A stretch of DNA of 64,000 nt from Syntrophorhabdaceae bacterium (GCA_963665295.1 OY762209.1:2080001-2144000), one strand, 5' to 3'. Positions 1 through 11,509 are shown, numbered from the stretch's first letter. The notes: generated from the letters alone by a model not told the origin. Translations and numbers: made by a program.

Positions 1-1
1 C

Positions 2-832
2 GATTACGCCGCCTCGGGCGGTTATTACGGGAGCGACACCAGGTTAGGCCGGGTAGTGTTCGACCCGGACAAGAACAGTGTCACCCTGTACATCTTTAAG
101 GAGCAGACGAAAACACCGGCAATCACCCTCGTATACAATGACGGCTATTACCACGATACAGAGGGCAACCGGTACTATTTTACCGACATGGGTGGCGAAG
201 GTTATCTGGTGAACTGCCCGTCCATGGCCGTGATCGATACGATCACCATGCAAAAAGTCAAGGCCATGGAAAACCCTCAAAGCCTCAGGATCGATATGGA
301 CGGCAAAGTATGGCTCAGGCGCAATGTTTCGCCTTTCGAGTCGGTTATCGCGGTGGATTCGCATCTTTCAAAATCACTGTTGTACAAAGACCTGCCGGGA
401 TATGTGTTTTTCAACGGCATCAAAAGGATCACTTCTCCTCGATTCGGCGGTATGTCCTTTGACTCTATCCGTGACCAGACGGAGCTTACCCTCTTTGAAC
501 AGGATGGGGCCACCTGGGCATGGGTTTCGGACCTGCTCTACAGCCCCGCGGAGAAGGCCGCTCTATTGAAACCCGGGGAGAATTCCGTGAAAATAGGGAC
601 CCGGGGATACAATGAATGGCTGGCGGTAAAGGAAGACATGGTCCTAAACTTCACAAAGCCGGAAGAGGGAAGGATAATCGTAATCGCCCCCGACGACACC
701 GCTACCTACGACAGCGCCCTCGATAAAGGCGGCACCTTCGCCGCCCGGGGCAGTTACATCGAAGCGGCGGGTTTTGCGGGCCATGTCTTTACCATAAAAG
801 GCCGGCCTACATCGACAGGTGAAAGGAAGTAA
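2..832 (+). CDS. Hypothetical protein, 5'-truncated by the window edge
   Basis: Frame is open from position 2 (DYAASGGYYGSDTRLGRVVFDPDK...) to TAA at 832; no motif I can assign with confidence. Confidence 0.7.
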   Translation, partial: DYAASGGYYGSDTRLGRVVFDPDKNSVTLYIFKEQTKTPAITLVYNDGYYHDTEGNRYYFTDMGGEGYLVNCPSMAVIDTITMQKVKAMENPQSLRIDMDGKVWLRRNVSPFESVIAVDSHLSKSLLYKDLPGYVFFNGIKRITSPRFGGMSFDSIRDQTELTLFEQDGATWAWVSDLLYSPAEKAALLKPGENSVKIGTRGYNEWLAVKEDMVLNFTKPEEGRIIVIAPDDTATYDSALDKGGTFAARGSYIEAAGFAGHVFTIKGRPTSTGERK

Positions 833-1168
833 GGGATTCGGACACCGGGGAAGCGGCGCTTGTCCTGCCCGTCTCCCCGGCTCCATTTGACCGCCGGGAC
901 GACGCCGCACCTGGAAGCGTTCGTCAAGCCGGTTCTTCGGATAGGGGCGCGGGATCTTGCAAAGGGGGCCGTCCTTTGCGTACATCGATAGGATCGTGTA
1001 AATAATCAGGAGCTTCAGACAAGGATTTTCCGGGGTCGGTCAGTATAATAGATATACTCCCGGGACGTCCACGGCCATCCCGATGGGGAATGATTATAGT
1101 GAAAGCGCGGCCCGTTGATGGGGATGCCGCCATGCATCACCTGTTGTTCGGATCTAAGGAGGAATAAT

Positions 1169-1699
1169 ATGGGAGTTGGTATTCAAGGTTCAGGATTGAC
1201 GGAGCGCAAAAAGGTACTGGTTGCCTATTTTTCCCACAGCGGCAACACCCGTGAAATTGCCGAAGAGATTCATGAGAATGTGGGGGGCGGCATCTTTGAG
1301 ATTAAGGCCGCAGAGTCCTATCCCCATGATTACGACGCAGTGGTAAAGAGGGCAAAACAGGAGTTGGACCCGGACTACAGGGCGGAATTGAAAGCGAAGA
1401 TCGAGAACATCGAGTCCTACGACATGATCTTCATAGGATACCCCAACTGGTGCGGCACCATCCCCGCTCCGGTGGGAACCTTCCTGTGGGAAAACGATTT
1501 CTCGGGGAAAACCATCATACCCTTTTGCACGCACGAGGGAAGCGGTTTCGGGCGAAGCATTTCGGATATCTCCAAGCTTTGCCCGGAATCGGCATTGCTT
1601 GACGGCATTTCCATCCGGGGAAGAGATGTAAAAACCGCCCGGAAGGAGATATCCGAGTGGCTGCGAACGATTAAGATAGGGGACAAAAAGATCGATTGA
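1169..1699 (+). CDS. Flavodoxin-like protein (Flavodoxin_4 type)
   Basis: AYFSHSGNT FMN loop, IGYPNW, PFCTHEGSG; AGGAGG RBS before ATG 1169 (ORF track starts at 1115). Confidence 0.9.
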   Translation: MGVGIQGSGLTERKKVLVAYFSHSGNTREIAEEIHENVGGGIFEIKAAESYPHDYDAVVKRAKQELDPDYRAELKAKIENIESYDMIFIGYPNWCGTIPAPVGTFLWENDFSGKTIIPFCTHEGSGFGRSISDISKLCPESALLDGISIRGRDVKTARKEISEWLRTIKIGDKKID

Positions 1700-1714
1700 G
1701 GAGGAGATACTATT

Positions 1715-2881
1715 ATGTTGAACTTTGATTTTTACAATCCCACGCGGATCCTGTTCGGAAAGGACAGGCTTGACGGCATTGATAGGTATGTTCCTGCCGG
1801 TGCCGTTGTCTTGATAACCTATGGAGGCGGAAGCGCCGGAAAGAGCGGCCTTATAGACAGGGTCAAAGCGGTGCTCGGCAGCAGGAAGGTCCATGAATTC
1901 GGCGGAATAGAACCGAACCCCCGTTTTGAAACACTGATAAAAGCGGTGGATATCATAGGGAATGAGCATATCGATTTCCTGCTTGCCGTGGGTGGAGGGT
2001 CTGTCATTGACGGAACCAAATTTATAGCCCTTGCATCTTGTTACGAGGGCGATCCACGGGACCTGTTGAAGTATGCGCTGGCCCCTGTTCCTTTGGATGT
2101 AGCAAAAAGGGCAATGCCCTTCGGAACGGTGCTGACCTTGCCTGCCACCGGCTCTGAAATGAATTGCGGAGCCGTAATCAGCTACGGTCACGGAAAATAC
2201 CCCGTCATGAGTGAGTTGACCTTCCCCAGGTTTTCCATATTGGATCCCACCATTACTTTTACCCTTCCCGGGATTCAGGTTGCCAACGGAGTGATTGACG
2301 CATTTGTGCACGTAGTTGAGCAGTACCTTACATATCCTGTCGATGCCAGGGTGCAGGACCGTTTCGCCGAGGGTCTTTTGCAGACATTGATCGAAATAGG
2401 TGAGACTACAGTTGGTGAGTCCGGGAATTACGATGCACGGGCAAACCTGGTGTGGAGCGCAACCCTTGCGTTGAATGGGGTAATCGGTGCGGGGGTTCCC
2501 CAGGATTGGACGGCTCACATGATCGGACACGAGCTTACCGCCTTATATGGCATCGACCACGGGCAGACCCTGGCCATCGTGCTGCCGTCATTACTGGAGG
2601 TGCGTCGCGAACAAAAACGGTCGAAACTTCTGCAGTATGCAGAACGGGTATGGCATATCGAAAGAGGCAGCGAAGACGAAAGGATAGACCTGGCAATTCG
2701 GAAAACCAGGGAATTCTTCGAAAGCCTCGGCGTAAAGACCCGGCTGTCTCAATATGGCCTCGGACCTGATAAAATACCGGTCGTTGTTGAACATCTGAAG
2801 GCCCACGGGATGACGGCGCTTTCGGAGACCCGGGACGTTACATTGGATATAAGTCGAAGGATTCTCGAAGGGGCATTGTGA
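1715..2881 (+). CDS. yqhD: Iron-containing NADPH-dependent alcohol dehydrogenase, YqhD-like
   Basis: FYNPTRILFG, TYGGGS, AVGGGSVIDGTK, ATGSE, HMIGHELTALYGIDHG metal ligands; strong RBS. Confidence 0.9.
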   Translation: MLNFDFYNPTRILFGKDRLDGIDRYVPAGAVVLITYGGGSAGKSGLIDRVKAVLGSRKVHEFGGIEPNPRFETLIKAVDIIGNEHIDFLLAVGGGSVIDGTKFIALASCYEGDPRDLLKYALAPVPLDVAKRAMPFGTVLTLPATGSEMNCGAVISYGHGKYPVMSELTFPRFSILDPTITFTLPGIQVANGVIDAFVHVVEQYLTYPVDARVQDRFAEGLLQTLIEIGETTVGESGNYDARANLVWSATLALNGVIGAGVPQDWTAHMIGHELTALYGIDHGQTLAIVLPSLLEVRREQKRSKLLQYAERVWHIERGSEDERIDLAIRKTREFFESLGVKTRLSQYGLGPDKIPVVVEHLKAHGMTALSETRDVTLDISRRILEGAL

Positions 2882-3005
2882 CATTCCTCCATTGATTCGC
2901 CCCTGTACGCCGTAGGACGGGGCATTTCGAACTGCCTGTGCCGGGGCGGGAAGCCTACAGATGCGACGCGTCGCGTATGCCTGCAACATGGGGCTGATAC
3001 TTCTA

Positions 3006-3034
3006 TTGACATACCGAGCGGTATGTAATAAGAT
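3006..3034 (+). promoter_or_regulatory. Sigma70 promoter overlapped by a perfect palindromic operator
   Basis: TTGACA(3006)-N17-TAAGAT(3029); inverted repeat ACATACCG-AG-CGGTATGT at 3009-3026. Confidence 0.7.
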
Positions 3035-3149
3035 TGGGGTGGATTACTGCCGCAAGAGGTCGGCCGCCGGCCCGGACCGTGGAGAACCAATATCGGTTTG
3101 AACCGGATTCAGAGGACATAAGGGAATACGCGCAGAGGAGAGAAACGGC

Positions 3150-3521
3150 ATGGCAGGGACATTTCAGATAAGCTTGCTTAAAGACGCCTTCATCGGCAAA
3201 AGAGTATCATCGGAAAAGTTGGACCACTTCGGCTGGGAGAGACAATCGACAAGGATGGACGGCAAACCCGAAGGACCAGGCGAGCCATGGGTGCATTCAA
3301 ACACTTTCCTCTCCCAGAAAGACACGAACAACGATCAACGTCCGGAATTCGAAGAGTACATTATACTTGCCCTACAACATTCAGGGTCAAAGATCATCGA
3401 TATCTTTTGCGCCGCCTTCGCAAAGCCGGACGTACCTGAAATGGGCGTCTTCGAGCCGCATTATCTCTTCCGGCCCGACTATGATAAAGCGGTGGAACTG
3501 ATTTCCCAAGTCCTGGCATAG
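3150..3521 (+). CDS. Hypothetical protein (123 aa)
   Basis: GAGGAG RBS, fills the intergenic gap downstream of a clear promoter; no recognised motif. Confidence 0.65.
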   Translation: MAGTFQISLLKDAFIGKRVSSEKLDHFGWERQSTRMDGKPEGPGEPWVHSNTFLSQKDTNNDQRPEFEEYIILALQHSGSKIIDIFCAAFAKPDVPEMGVFEPHYLFRPDYDKAVELISQVLA

Positions 3522-3826
3522 GTGTTGAATCGTTGAAGAAGATCCCGACCGTCCTTACAGGACATCACCTTGCCCCTCCTCGCGGGAATGCCGTGTGACA
3601 TAGATCACATATGCCGCCCCGGTCCCGGAATACAATTTGATAAGGGACACACGCTTTGCGCGGACGTTCCGCAGTTTTCCCACATTGGTCGCAACGTGTC
3701 TTATACTTTGATATGGGGCTTCATTGAGCGCAAAAGGGGGACAGGATAAAAGACAGACCGAACACGGATTTAACGCCTGCTGAAGAGATATCCGCTCTAA
3801 AACAAAGAATCCGGGAACTGGAAAGG

Positions 3827-5584
3827 GTGGAAACCGACCTCACCCTGGCGGAAAAAACGCTACGGGAGAGGGAAGCCTTTCTCAACTCGCTCCTCGACGC
3901 GATCCCCATCCCTGTGTTCTATAAGGACAGGGATGGACTGTACCGGGGAGCGAACAAGGCCTTTGAGGCATTCCTGGGTATAGCGAGGGAGGACCTGAAC
4001 GGCAAGACCGTGCTCGACATCAACCCGCCGGACCTTGCCCATATCTATCAGACCAAGGACGCGGAGCTGTTCCGCAAGGGAGGAACGCAGCAGTATGACT
4101 CCCAAATGAAGAACGCCCACGGCCTCATACGCGATGTCATCTTCAACAAAGCGGTCTTTACCGACAGTGAGGGGACCATCACGGGGCTTATCGGGGCAAT
4201 CCTTGACATCACGGAACGTAAGCAGGCAGAGCAGGCCCTTGTTGCGGAAAAGGACCTTTCCGAGTCGATAATAGACAGCATGCCGGGCGTGTTCTATTGC
4301 TATGACGACCAATTGCGATTCAAAAGATGGAACAGGAATTTCGAGCGGGTGAGCGGGTATTCCGCCGAAGAGTTGCTCCACGCGAGTCCCCTTGATTTCT
4401 TTGCCGGCCATGGCAGGGAAACTGTCGAAAGGAAGATAGGAGAAGTCTTTTCAAAGGGTGAGTCGAGCGCGGAGGCGGATTTTGTATCGAAGGACGGGCG
4501 TAAGACCCCTTATTTCTTTACGGGCCTGAAGGTCAGGATCGACAACGCCGACCACCTTGTGGGGGTCGGAATAGACATCTCGGAAATCAAACAGGCAAAG
4601 GAGGCCCTGCGGGCGAGCGAGGCAAAATATCACTCCATCTTCGAGAATTCCCTGGAAGGCATATACCGGACGACCAAAGAGGGGAGGTTTCTCATGGCGA
4701 ACACGGCGTTCTGTGATCAACTCGGCTACAGTTCCTTCGAAGAGCTGGCCGCAACGGTTACAAATGTGGCGACCCAACTCTACGTGCGGCCCGAAGACCG
4801 GGAATACCTCCTCCAAATGCTTGAAGAAGAATCGGCCGTCAAGGGGTTCGAGACCAGGTTTTACAGAAAAGACAAACGCATCGTATGGGTTCGTATCAAC
4901 ATAACGGCTGTCCGGGATGAATCAGGGAATATCCTTTACTATGACGGTATAGATGAGGATACTACGCAGCGTAAGGAGGTCGAAAGAGAACAAGCGAGGA
5001 GCGCGGCGCAAGTACGCAAAGCCATGATGGACACTATTCATGCCCTGGTCTCCATGAGTGAATTCAGGGACCCCTATACGACGGGTCACCAGAACAGGGT
5101 CGCCGATATCGCCGCGGCCATAGCGGAGGAACTCGGCCTTCCGGAGGAGCAGATCAGCGGGATCAGGATCGCGGGGCTTATCCATGATGTAGGCAAAATA
5201 TGCATACCCACGGAGATACTGAGCAAACCGGGACAATTATCGCAAATAGAAATGGACCTCATACGCTCCCACGTGGCGGCGGGCTATGAGATAATCAAGG
5301 ATATCGAGTTTCCATGGCCCATACGCAAGGCGGTGCTCCAGCACCACGAGAGGCTTGACGGCTCCGGGTATCCTTCAGGCATATCGGGTGATGACATCGT
5401 GATGGAAGCGAGCATCATTGCCGTTGCGGACGTTGTTGAGGCCATGGCTTCCCACCGTCCCTACAGGGCGGCCCAGGGGCTGGAGGCGGCTCTTGAAGAG
5501 ATAGAGAAGAACAAGGGCATCCTCTATGACGAGAAGGTGGCGGAAGCGTGTCTCAGACTGTACCGGGACAAAGATAACATTTGA
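3827..5584 (+). CDS. 3xPAS + HD-GYP c-di-GMP phosphodiesterase
   Basis: Three PAS/PAC units ending DITERK/DISEIK/DTTQRK; HDVGK and HHERLDGSGYP motifs; true start may be upstream (ATA 3746). Confidence 0.92.
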   Translation: METDLTLAEKTLREREAFLNSLLDAIPIPVFYKDRDGLYRGANKAFEAFLGIAREDLNGKTVLDINPPDLAHIYQTKDAELFRKGGTQQYDSQMKNAHGLIRDVIFNKAVFTDSEGTITGLIGAILDITERKQAEQALVAEKDLSESIIDSMPGVFYCYDDQLRFKRWNRNFERVSGYSAEELLHASPLDFFAGHGRETVERKIGEVFSKGESSAEADFVSKDGRKTPYFFTGLKVRIDNADHLVGVGIDISEIKQAKEALRASEAKYHSIFENSLEGIYRTTKEGRFLMANTAFCDQLGYSSFEELAATVTNVATQLYVRPEDREYLLQMLEEESAVKGFETRFYRKDKRIVWVRINITAVRDESGNILYYDGIDEDTTQRKEVEREQARSAAQVRKAMMDTIHALVSMSEFRDPYTTGHQNRVADIAAAIAEELGLPEEQISGIRIAGLIHDVGKICIPTEILSKPGQLSQIEMDLIRSHVAAGYEIIKDIEFPWPIRKAVLQHHERLDGSGYPSGISGDDIVMEASIIAVADVVEAMASHRPYRAAQGLEAALEEIEKNKGILYDEKVAEACLRLYRDKDNI

Positions 5585-5606
5585 AGAGGTGCAAGAGGGT
5601 GTCTTC

Positions 5607-8207
5607 CTAGCGCTCCGTCGGTCCTTCGGTGATCTGGACGAGGTCGCCGGGGCGGAGCCATTTTGCGAAGGCGGCTTTGACGTCTTCGGGGGTAAGCTTG
5701 AGGTAACGACGGGCGGCCTGTATGGGCTCGTCGAGGGGAAGGTTATGGATGGAGCGGTAGAGCAGGCCGTCTGCAATGAGGTCTACGTTCGATTCCGCGA
5801 GAAGGATCTCCCGGAGGAGGAGCGCCTTGGCCTGCTGGAGTCGGTCCGCGGGCACAGGAGCGGTCTGCATTTCCTTCAGATTGCGCTCAACGATGGCGCG
5901 GGCCCTCGGCACGTTTTGCGGGTCGCAGCCGAAGTTGACTACATAGAGGGAGCGGGTGAGGCCTACTTCGAAGGAAGAGGTGACATAATAGACGAGCCCC
6001 GTCTCCTCGCGCAGGTCCCGGTAGAGGCGGCTTGCGAAGAATGAGCCTCCCAGAATGTGGTTGCCCAGGTCCAGTGCGTAGTAATCGGGATCGGAGCGGA
6101 ACAGGCCCAGGGTTTGAACGAGGGTTACCCGGGTTTGGACGCGGTTTCTGTTCCGGACTGCGGTAGTAGACGGCTTGTTCGCGGGAACCGGCGCCAGGAG
6201 GGTGTCGGGTCTTGGTCCGGTCGCCTGCCATGGGCCGAAGCGTTCTTCGATCACCGACAGGGCCCGCTCCGGCGTCACCCGGCCCACCGCCACGATGGTG
6301 GTGAGATCGGGACGGAAAACCTTCCGGTAGTAGTCCTTTACATCCTTAAGAGTCAGGGATGAGACGGATGCGGGGGTTGCCTGCCGGAGAGTCGGATCGT
6401 TTTCCGGGAAGAGGGCGGCCTTGAGGGCCCTTTCCGCCAGGTAGTCGGGGCTACGGAGGCGGCCTGCAATGGTGGAGGCAACCTGCTGCCGCGTCACGGT
6501 GAAGGCATCTTCAGGCAAGGCAGGGTTAAGTTCGTTGTCCGCGAGAAGTTCTACGCCCCTTTCGAAATACTGTGACAGGACCTGGAGGGAGAAATCCGTG
6601 CCCGCCGACTCGTTCGCCCCGATCTCGTCCAGGGCCTTTTGGAAGGCGAGACGGTCAAGGGTTGTTGTGCCGTAAGAAAGAAGGCGGCTCAATACCTGAT
6701 CCACCCCGTCCTTGCCCTCGGGTGCCTGCAAATCCGGTTTGTTCCTGATATGACCGTACACGCTTACCGTATCGCTCACGGACTCCGGCTCGACAATGAG
6801 GGTGATCCCGTTCGCCAGCACGGTGACAAAGGGATTGACCCTGGAAGGGGGCCTGGGGACCCTCTTGAGGGTTTTTTCCGCCCAGTGGGGAAGCTTGACA
6901 GGTTTAACCCGTGGGGACGGGAAAGGCTTTACATTGCCGGAGGAGGCTGAGGTGACGGCCTTGCGGGAGCCCTCGGGGGTCAGGATGGTGGTGATGGCTT
7001 CATTCATCTTCAGGTGCCTCGCGGCCACCCGGTCCACGTCGGCGACGGATACCTTCCTCACTGCCACGAGTCCGTCCTCGGGGGATTGCCTTCCCTCTAC
7101 CGCGAGCGCTTTGGACCAAGCGGCGGCGAGGCCGGAAACCGAGTTTTTTTGAAGCTCCCCGTTCATGAGCCTCGCCCGCTTGGCGGCTTCCACCAGATCC
7201 GCGGGAAAACCCTTCTCTCCGTCCCGGGCCAGGATCCGGCGCACCCGATCCACCAATATGGACGAATCCGCCCCTTTCGGAAACGCGGCTATCGCGTAAC
7301 CCAGGCCCGCGTCGGGCAGGGTATTCAGGCGGAAACCCGTGAAAAGGGCATTGCCTTCAGGCACAAGAGTGAAAAGGCTGCCGCGCTGGTTGTTCAGTAC
7401 ATCGGCAAGGACCTGGCTCACGGGGTAATCAGGGCTCCGGTACCCGGGCATGCGAAAGGAGATCATGATGAGCCCATAAGCCTGGTCGGTCTTGAGGCGG
7501 AGCGTCTCGGGCCGGACGGGTTGGAAGCGGATCTCCGGGCGGTCCGGGATCTTTTTGGCGGGGATGGGGCCGAAAAACTTCTTGACCCCGGCCAGCGCCT
7601 TCTTAGGCTCCACATTCCCCACGATCACGAGGATCGCGTTGTTGGGCGCGTACCAGGCGTCGTAAAATTTCCTGAGCATGGTCCCCGTTGTCCTGTCGAA
7701 GGATGCGATGCTGCCGAGGGGCGTGTGGGCATAGGGCGTCCCTTTGAAGAGTCCGGCCAGTGCCCTGGTGTAGGAGATATAGTCAGGGCTCGAGAGGTCG
7801 TCCGCGATCTCCTGTTCGATGGCGCCCCTTTCCAGGGACCACAGCCTTCCTGTATCGAGAACGCCCCTCATCCTGATCGCCTCGATCTGCAGGGCTACTT
7901 CCAGGTCCTGGGTGGGAAGGGTGAGGAAATACTGGGTCACCGTCTGCTGGGTATTGGCATCGAAGGTGCCGCCCATGGCGGCGATGACATCGGTAAGCTG
8001 GGTTGCGGTGAGCCCCGGGCTTCCCCTGAACATCATGTGCTCCTGGGCGTGGGCCATGCCCGGAAACCCCTCCGGCGCTTCGTTCGACCCGACCAGATAA
8101 TTGACCGCCGTGGTGACTACGGGGGCCAGATTATTTCGGACGATAACGGCCCTGAGGCCGTTTTCGAGGGTGGCCTTCAGCGTTTCATCTTCCGGAACCC
8201 GGTCCAT
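5607..8207 (-). CDS. M16 family zinc peptidase (pitrilysin/PqqL-like, two-lobed)
   Basis: Inverted zinc motif HAQEH in GMAHAQEHMMFRGS; SRLYRDLRE..GLVY in the C-terminal half; AAGGAGG spacing favours ATG 8207 over GTG 8216. Confidence 0.9.
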   Translation of the reverse strand: MDRVPEDETLKATLENGLRAVIVRNNLAPVVTTAVNYLVGSNEAPEGFPGMAHAQEHMMFRGSPGLTATQLTDVIAAMGGTFDANTQQTVTQYFLTLPTQDLEVALQIEAIRMRGVLDTGRLWSLERGAIEQEIADDLSSPDYISYTRALAGLFKGTPYAHTPLGSIASFDRTTGTMLRKFYDAWYAPNNAILVIVGNVEPKKALAGVKKFFGPIPAKKIPDRPEIRFQPVRPETLRLKTDQAYGLIMISFRMPGYRSPDYPVSQVLADVLNNQRGSLFTLVPEGNALFTGFRLNTLPDAGLGYAIAAFPKGADSSILVDRVRRILARDGEKGFPADLVEAAKRARLMNGELQKNSVSGLAAAWSKALAVEGRQSPEDGLVAVRKVSVADVDRVAARHLKMNEAITTILTPEGSRKAVTSASSGNVKPFPSPRVKPVKLPHWAEKTLKRVPRPPSRVNPFVTVLANGITLIVEPESVSDTVSVYGHIRNKPDLQAPEGKDGVDQVLSRLLSYGTTTLDRLAFQKALDEIGANESAGTDFSLQVLSQYFERGVELLADNELNPALPEDAFTVTRQQVASTIAGRLRSPDYLAERALKAALFPENDPTLRQATPASVSSLTLKDVKDYYRKVFRPDLTTIVAVGRVTPERALSVIEERFGPWQATGPRPDTLLAPVPANKPSTTAVRNRNRVQTRVTLVQTLGLFRSDPDYYALDLGNHILGGSFFASRLYRDLREETGLVYYVTSSFEVGLTRSLYVVNFGCDPQNVPRARAIVERNLKEMQTAPVPADRLQQAKALLLREILLAESNVDLIADGLLYRSIHNLPLDEPIQAARRYLKLTPEDVKAAFAKWLRPGDLVQITEGPTER

Positions 8208-8345
8208 TCGCTGCACCCTCCTTTTGTCGGTGATTTGCCGGTTCCTGACCCGCTAATAGAAAGATAGGTTCCCCGTCCGCCGTTTTCAACGCTTTCACAA
8301 CTATTCCTATATGTGCAGAGGTGGGACGTGCTATCGGAAGCCGGA

Positions 8346-9794
8346 TCAGTCGAGTCCGAGCCGTTTCATCTTCTCTATGAGGGTAGTCCTGTTCATGCTC
8401 AGGATTTGGGCGGCCTTGCTCTTGACCCCTTTCGTCTCGTTCAGGGCCTGGAGAATGAGGGTCTTTTCGAAGTCGGAGACAAGCGTTTCGTATCCCTTCT
8501 CTATGGCGAGTTGCTGGGGGGTCTCCTGCTTCGCATCGTAGAATTTCTCAGGGAGGTCGTCGATGTCTATGCAGCCCGTCTTTTTCAGTACCACAAGTCT
8601 TTCGACGAGGTTCTGGAGTTCCCGGACGTTTCCCGGATAGTCGTAGTCGATGAGAATGCTCATGGCGTCCTCGGTGAATCCCTCTATCTGGGCGTTGTTC
8701 AACTGATTCGACCTTTCCAGGAAGTAGCTGAAAAGGAGCGGAATATCCTGTCTCCTTTCGCGGAGCGGCGGGATATGGATGGGGACCACGTTGAGCCTGT
8801 AATAGAGGTCTTCCCTGAATTTGCTCTCCGCCACGAGGTCTTCGAGTTTCCTGTTCGTGGCGGCGATGATTCTCAGGTCCACCTTGATCGTCTTTGAGCC
8901 GCCGATCCTCTCGAAGGTCTTTTCCTGCAGGACCCGAAGGAGCTTCACCTGAAGGTTGAAACTCATGTCCCCTATTTCGTCGAGGAAGATGGAGCCTCCG
9001 TTGGCGAGCTCGAACCGCCCGTACCGAGTGCTCACGGCCCCGGTAAAGGCGCCCTTCTCGTAACCGAAAAGCTCGCTCTCCAGGAGGGTCTCGGGGATGG
9101 CCCCGCAGTTCACCACCACAAGGGGATTATCCCTCTTGGAGGAGTTGTAGTGGATCGCCCTTGCCACAAGCTCTTTACCGACCCCGCTCTCCCCTGTAAT
9201 GAGCACCGTGGCGTTCGTGTCCGCCACCTTCTCTATCAGCTCAAAAACCTTCTGAATAGGGAAGCTTATGCCTATGATGTTTTCGAACCTGTACTTGTCC
9301 TTGAGGCAGTTCCGGAGGATGGTGTTCTCTCTTATGAGCTTGCTCTCCGAGAATTTTCGAAGGAGGTTCGCCTTGAGGGTCAGGCCCTTGGGTATGCTCT
9401 CGCTCTTCAGGAGCTTGTAATAATATATGGCGGATTCGACGGTGGTCAGGACCTCTTCGAACTTGAAGGGTTTGAGGAGGTAGTCGAAGGCGCCGCAGCG
9501 CATGGCGGTAATGGCCGTCTCCAGGCTTCCATAGCCGGTTATCACTATGCCCAGGGTGTCGAGGAATTCCTTCTGGATGAAGTTTATGAGCTGGAGGCCA
9601 TCGACCTTGGGCATCATGAGGTCGGTGATGAGGACCTGATAGTGGTTATTCTTGAGGGCGACGAGCGCCTTTTTGCTCTCAAGGAAAGAGTCCACTTCGT
9701 AGCCGCTGGAAATGAGGAAGTCGGTGAGCATGGTAAGGATGCTCTCCTCGTCCTCGACGATGATTATCTTCCCCTTTTCCTTGCTCTCAGCCAT
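8346..9794 (-). CDS. Sigma54-dependent response regulator (REC-AAA+-HTH), candidate FleQ/FlrA-type flagellar activator
   Basis: REC (DLMMP), Walker [22 protein letters not shown]-terminal Fis-type HTH; the flagellar role is inferred from context only. Confidence 0.9.
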   Translation of the reverse strand: MAESKEKGKIIIVEDEESILTMLTDFLISSGYEVDSFLESKKALVALKNNHYQVLITDLMMPKVDGLQLINFIQKEFLDTLGIVITGYGSLETAITAMRCGAFDYLLKPFKFEEVLTTVESAIYYYKLLKSESIPKGLTLKANLLRKFSESKLIRENTILRNCLKDKYRFENIIGISFPIQKVFELIEKVADTNATVLITGESGVGKELVARAIHYNSSKRDNPLVVVNCGAIPETLLESELFGYEKGAFTGAVSTRYGRFELANGGSIFLDEIGDMSFNLQVKLLRVLQEKTFERIGGSKTIKVDLRIIAATNRKLEDLVAESKFREDLYYRLNVVPIHIPPLRERRQDIPLLFSYFLERSNQLNNAQIEGFTEDAMSILIDYDYPGNVRELQNLVERLVVLKKTGCIDIDDLPEKFYDAKQETPQQLAIEKGYETLVSDFEKTLILQALNETKGVKSKAAQILSMNRTTLIEKMKRLGLD

Positions 9795-9924
9795 GAAGGG
9801 CTATCCTTGATATGAGTCCCTTTCCCATAGGCATCATTATACAACTTTTTCAGTTTTTTTGTTGGTCAATAAATGCACCTGGGCCTGTCCGCCGGCGGAA
9901 TGTACCTATGATTTTCCCCGCCGG

Positions 9925-10989
9925 TCACCCGCAGAGCCTCACGACCTCCTTGGCTATGGAGGTGAGGGGAAGGGTGCGGTCCACGCCGCCCAGGCGTACC
10001 GCCTCCTTGGGCATGCCGAATACGATGCACGACTCCTCGTCCTGGGCGATATTGAAAGCCCCGGCTTCCTTGAGCTCCCGCATTCCTTTCGCGCCGTCAT
10101 CCCCCATTCCCGTCATGATGACACCCACCGCGTTCTTGCCCGCGTATCGCGCCGCGGACCGGAAGAGGACATCCACGGAAGGCCGGTGGCGGCACACCAG
10201 GGGCCCGTCCCTGACCTCCACGTAATAACGCGCCCCGCTCCGTTTGAGAAGGGTATGCCGGTTGCCCGGGGCAATCAGGGCCCGTCCCCTTACCACGGTG
10301 TCGTCATTCTCCGCTTCCTTGACGGAGATGCGGCAGATGCTGTCGAGCCTCCGGGCAAAGGCGGCAGTGAAGTGTTCGGGCATATGTTGTACTATGACAA
10401 TGCCCGGGGCATCGAGGGGCATGGCTTCGAGAAAGGTTTTGAGTGCTTCCGTGCCGCCCGTGGACGCCCCGACCACCACCACCTTGTCCGTGGTCTGGAT
10501 CATTGCCTTCGAGGACGGCTTTTCGATTACCGCGTCGGCGGTGAGTTTCGGCGCCACCTGGTAGGTCTTGGGAGATATCTTCGTCAGGTGCGCCAGGCGC
10601 GCCGCCTTGACCGCGTCGCAGATGAGGACCTTCGATTCCTCCAGGAACTGCTTGATGCCGAGGCGGGGCTTCTCGATAATGTCGGCGGCCCCGTATTCGA
10701 GCGCCTTCAGGGCGGTCTCCGAATGGGTGCCCGCGAGGCTGGAGCAGATGACCACGGGTATGGGGTGCTGGCTCATGATCTTCTGGAGGAACGTTATCCC
10801 GTCCATGCGGGGCATTTCGATATCGAGGGTGATTACGTCAGGCACCTCATCTCTTATTCTCTCGGCGGCGACAAAAGGGTCCCGTGCTGTTGCGATCACT
10901 TCTATGGCCGGGTCCGAAGAGAGCACCTCTTCGAGAGCCTGGCGGACCACCGCTGAATCATCTACTATGAGGACCTTGATCTTTTTCAT
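9925..10989 (-). CDS. cheB: Chemotaxis methylesterase CheB
   Basis: REC plus GASTGG, QHMP, HRPSVD, TGMGDDG. Confidence 0.96.
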   Translation of the reverse strand: MKKIKVLIVDDSAVVRQALEEVLSSDPAIEVIATARDPFVAAERIRDEVPDVITLDIEMPRMDGITFLQKIMSQHPIPVVICSSLAGTHSETALKALEYGAADIIEKPRLGIKQFLEESKVLICDAVKAARLAHLTKISPKTYQVAPKLTADAVIEKPSSKAMIQTTDKVVVVGASTGGTEALKTFLEAMPLDAPGIVIVQHMPEHFTAAFARRLDSICRISVKEAENDDTVVRGRALIAPGNRHTLLKRSGARYYVEVRDGPLVCRHRPSVDVLFRSAARYAGKNAVGVIMTGMGDDGAKGMRELKEAGAFNIAQDEESCIVFGMPKEAVRLGGVDRTLPLTSIAKEVVRLCG

Positions 10990-11509
10990 CCCTTACCCCG
11001 TAAAATTGAGTTTTTCTGATGCGTTTGAGCAGGACATCCCCTGTATGGGTATGGAAGAACAACTTCCGGCCCTGTTTTCCTCTCACGTCTTCCGCAACAA
11101 GGATGAGACGTTCTCTTCTGATGACCTCCCGCGCCCGTTCCACGTTCTGGGTGCCTACGGTAGCGGGGATGTTCTCTCCTGCCCGGGTGTCCAGAACGTC
11201 CGACCCGCCGAAAAGCTTCACCTCTATGTCCGCCCGCTTGATCCCTAACGAGGTGAACCCTTCGACAAGATAGATAATGGCAGTATCGACGAAGCGGAAC
11301 ACATCGATGTCGGAGGCTTCGCCGCTCCCGGGGAGCAGGGCGTGGCACATGCCCCCCACCATATAGCGCGGATTGAACATGGTAACCGACACACACGATC
11401 CGAGTACCGTGGAAACAACGGTGGGCTCCCGTGCGATGAATACCTCTCCGGGTTTCAGAAAGACCGTGGAGATTAAGCAATCCCGCTTATGAGCGCCTGC
11501 GGGCTTCAT
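10958..11509 (-). CDS. cheD: Chemoreceptor glutamine deamidase CheD
   Basis: [28 protein letters not shown]. Confidence 0.93.
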   Translation of the reverse strand: MKPAGAHKRDCLISTVFLKPGEVFIAREPTVVSTVLGSCVSVTMFNPRYMVGGMCHALLPGSGEASDIDVFRFVDTAIIYLVEGFTSLGIKRADIEVKLFGGSDVLDTRAGENIPATVGTQNVERAREVIRRERLILVAEDVRGKQGRKLFFHTHTGDVLLKRIRKTQFYGVRDEKDQGPHSR

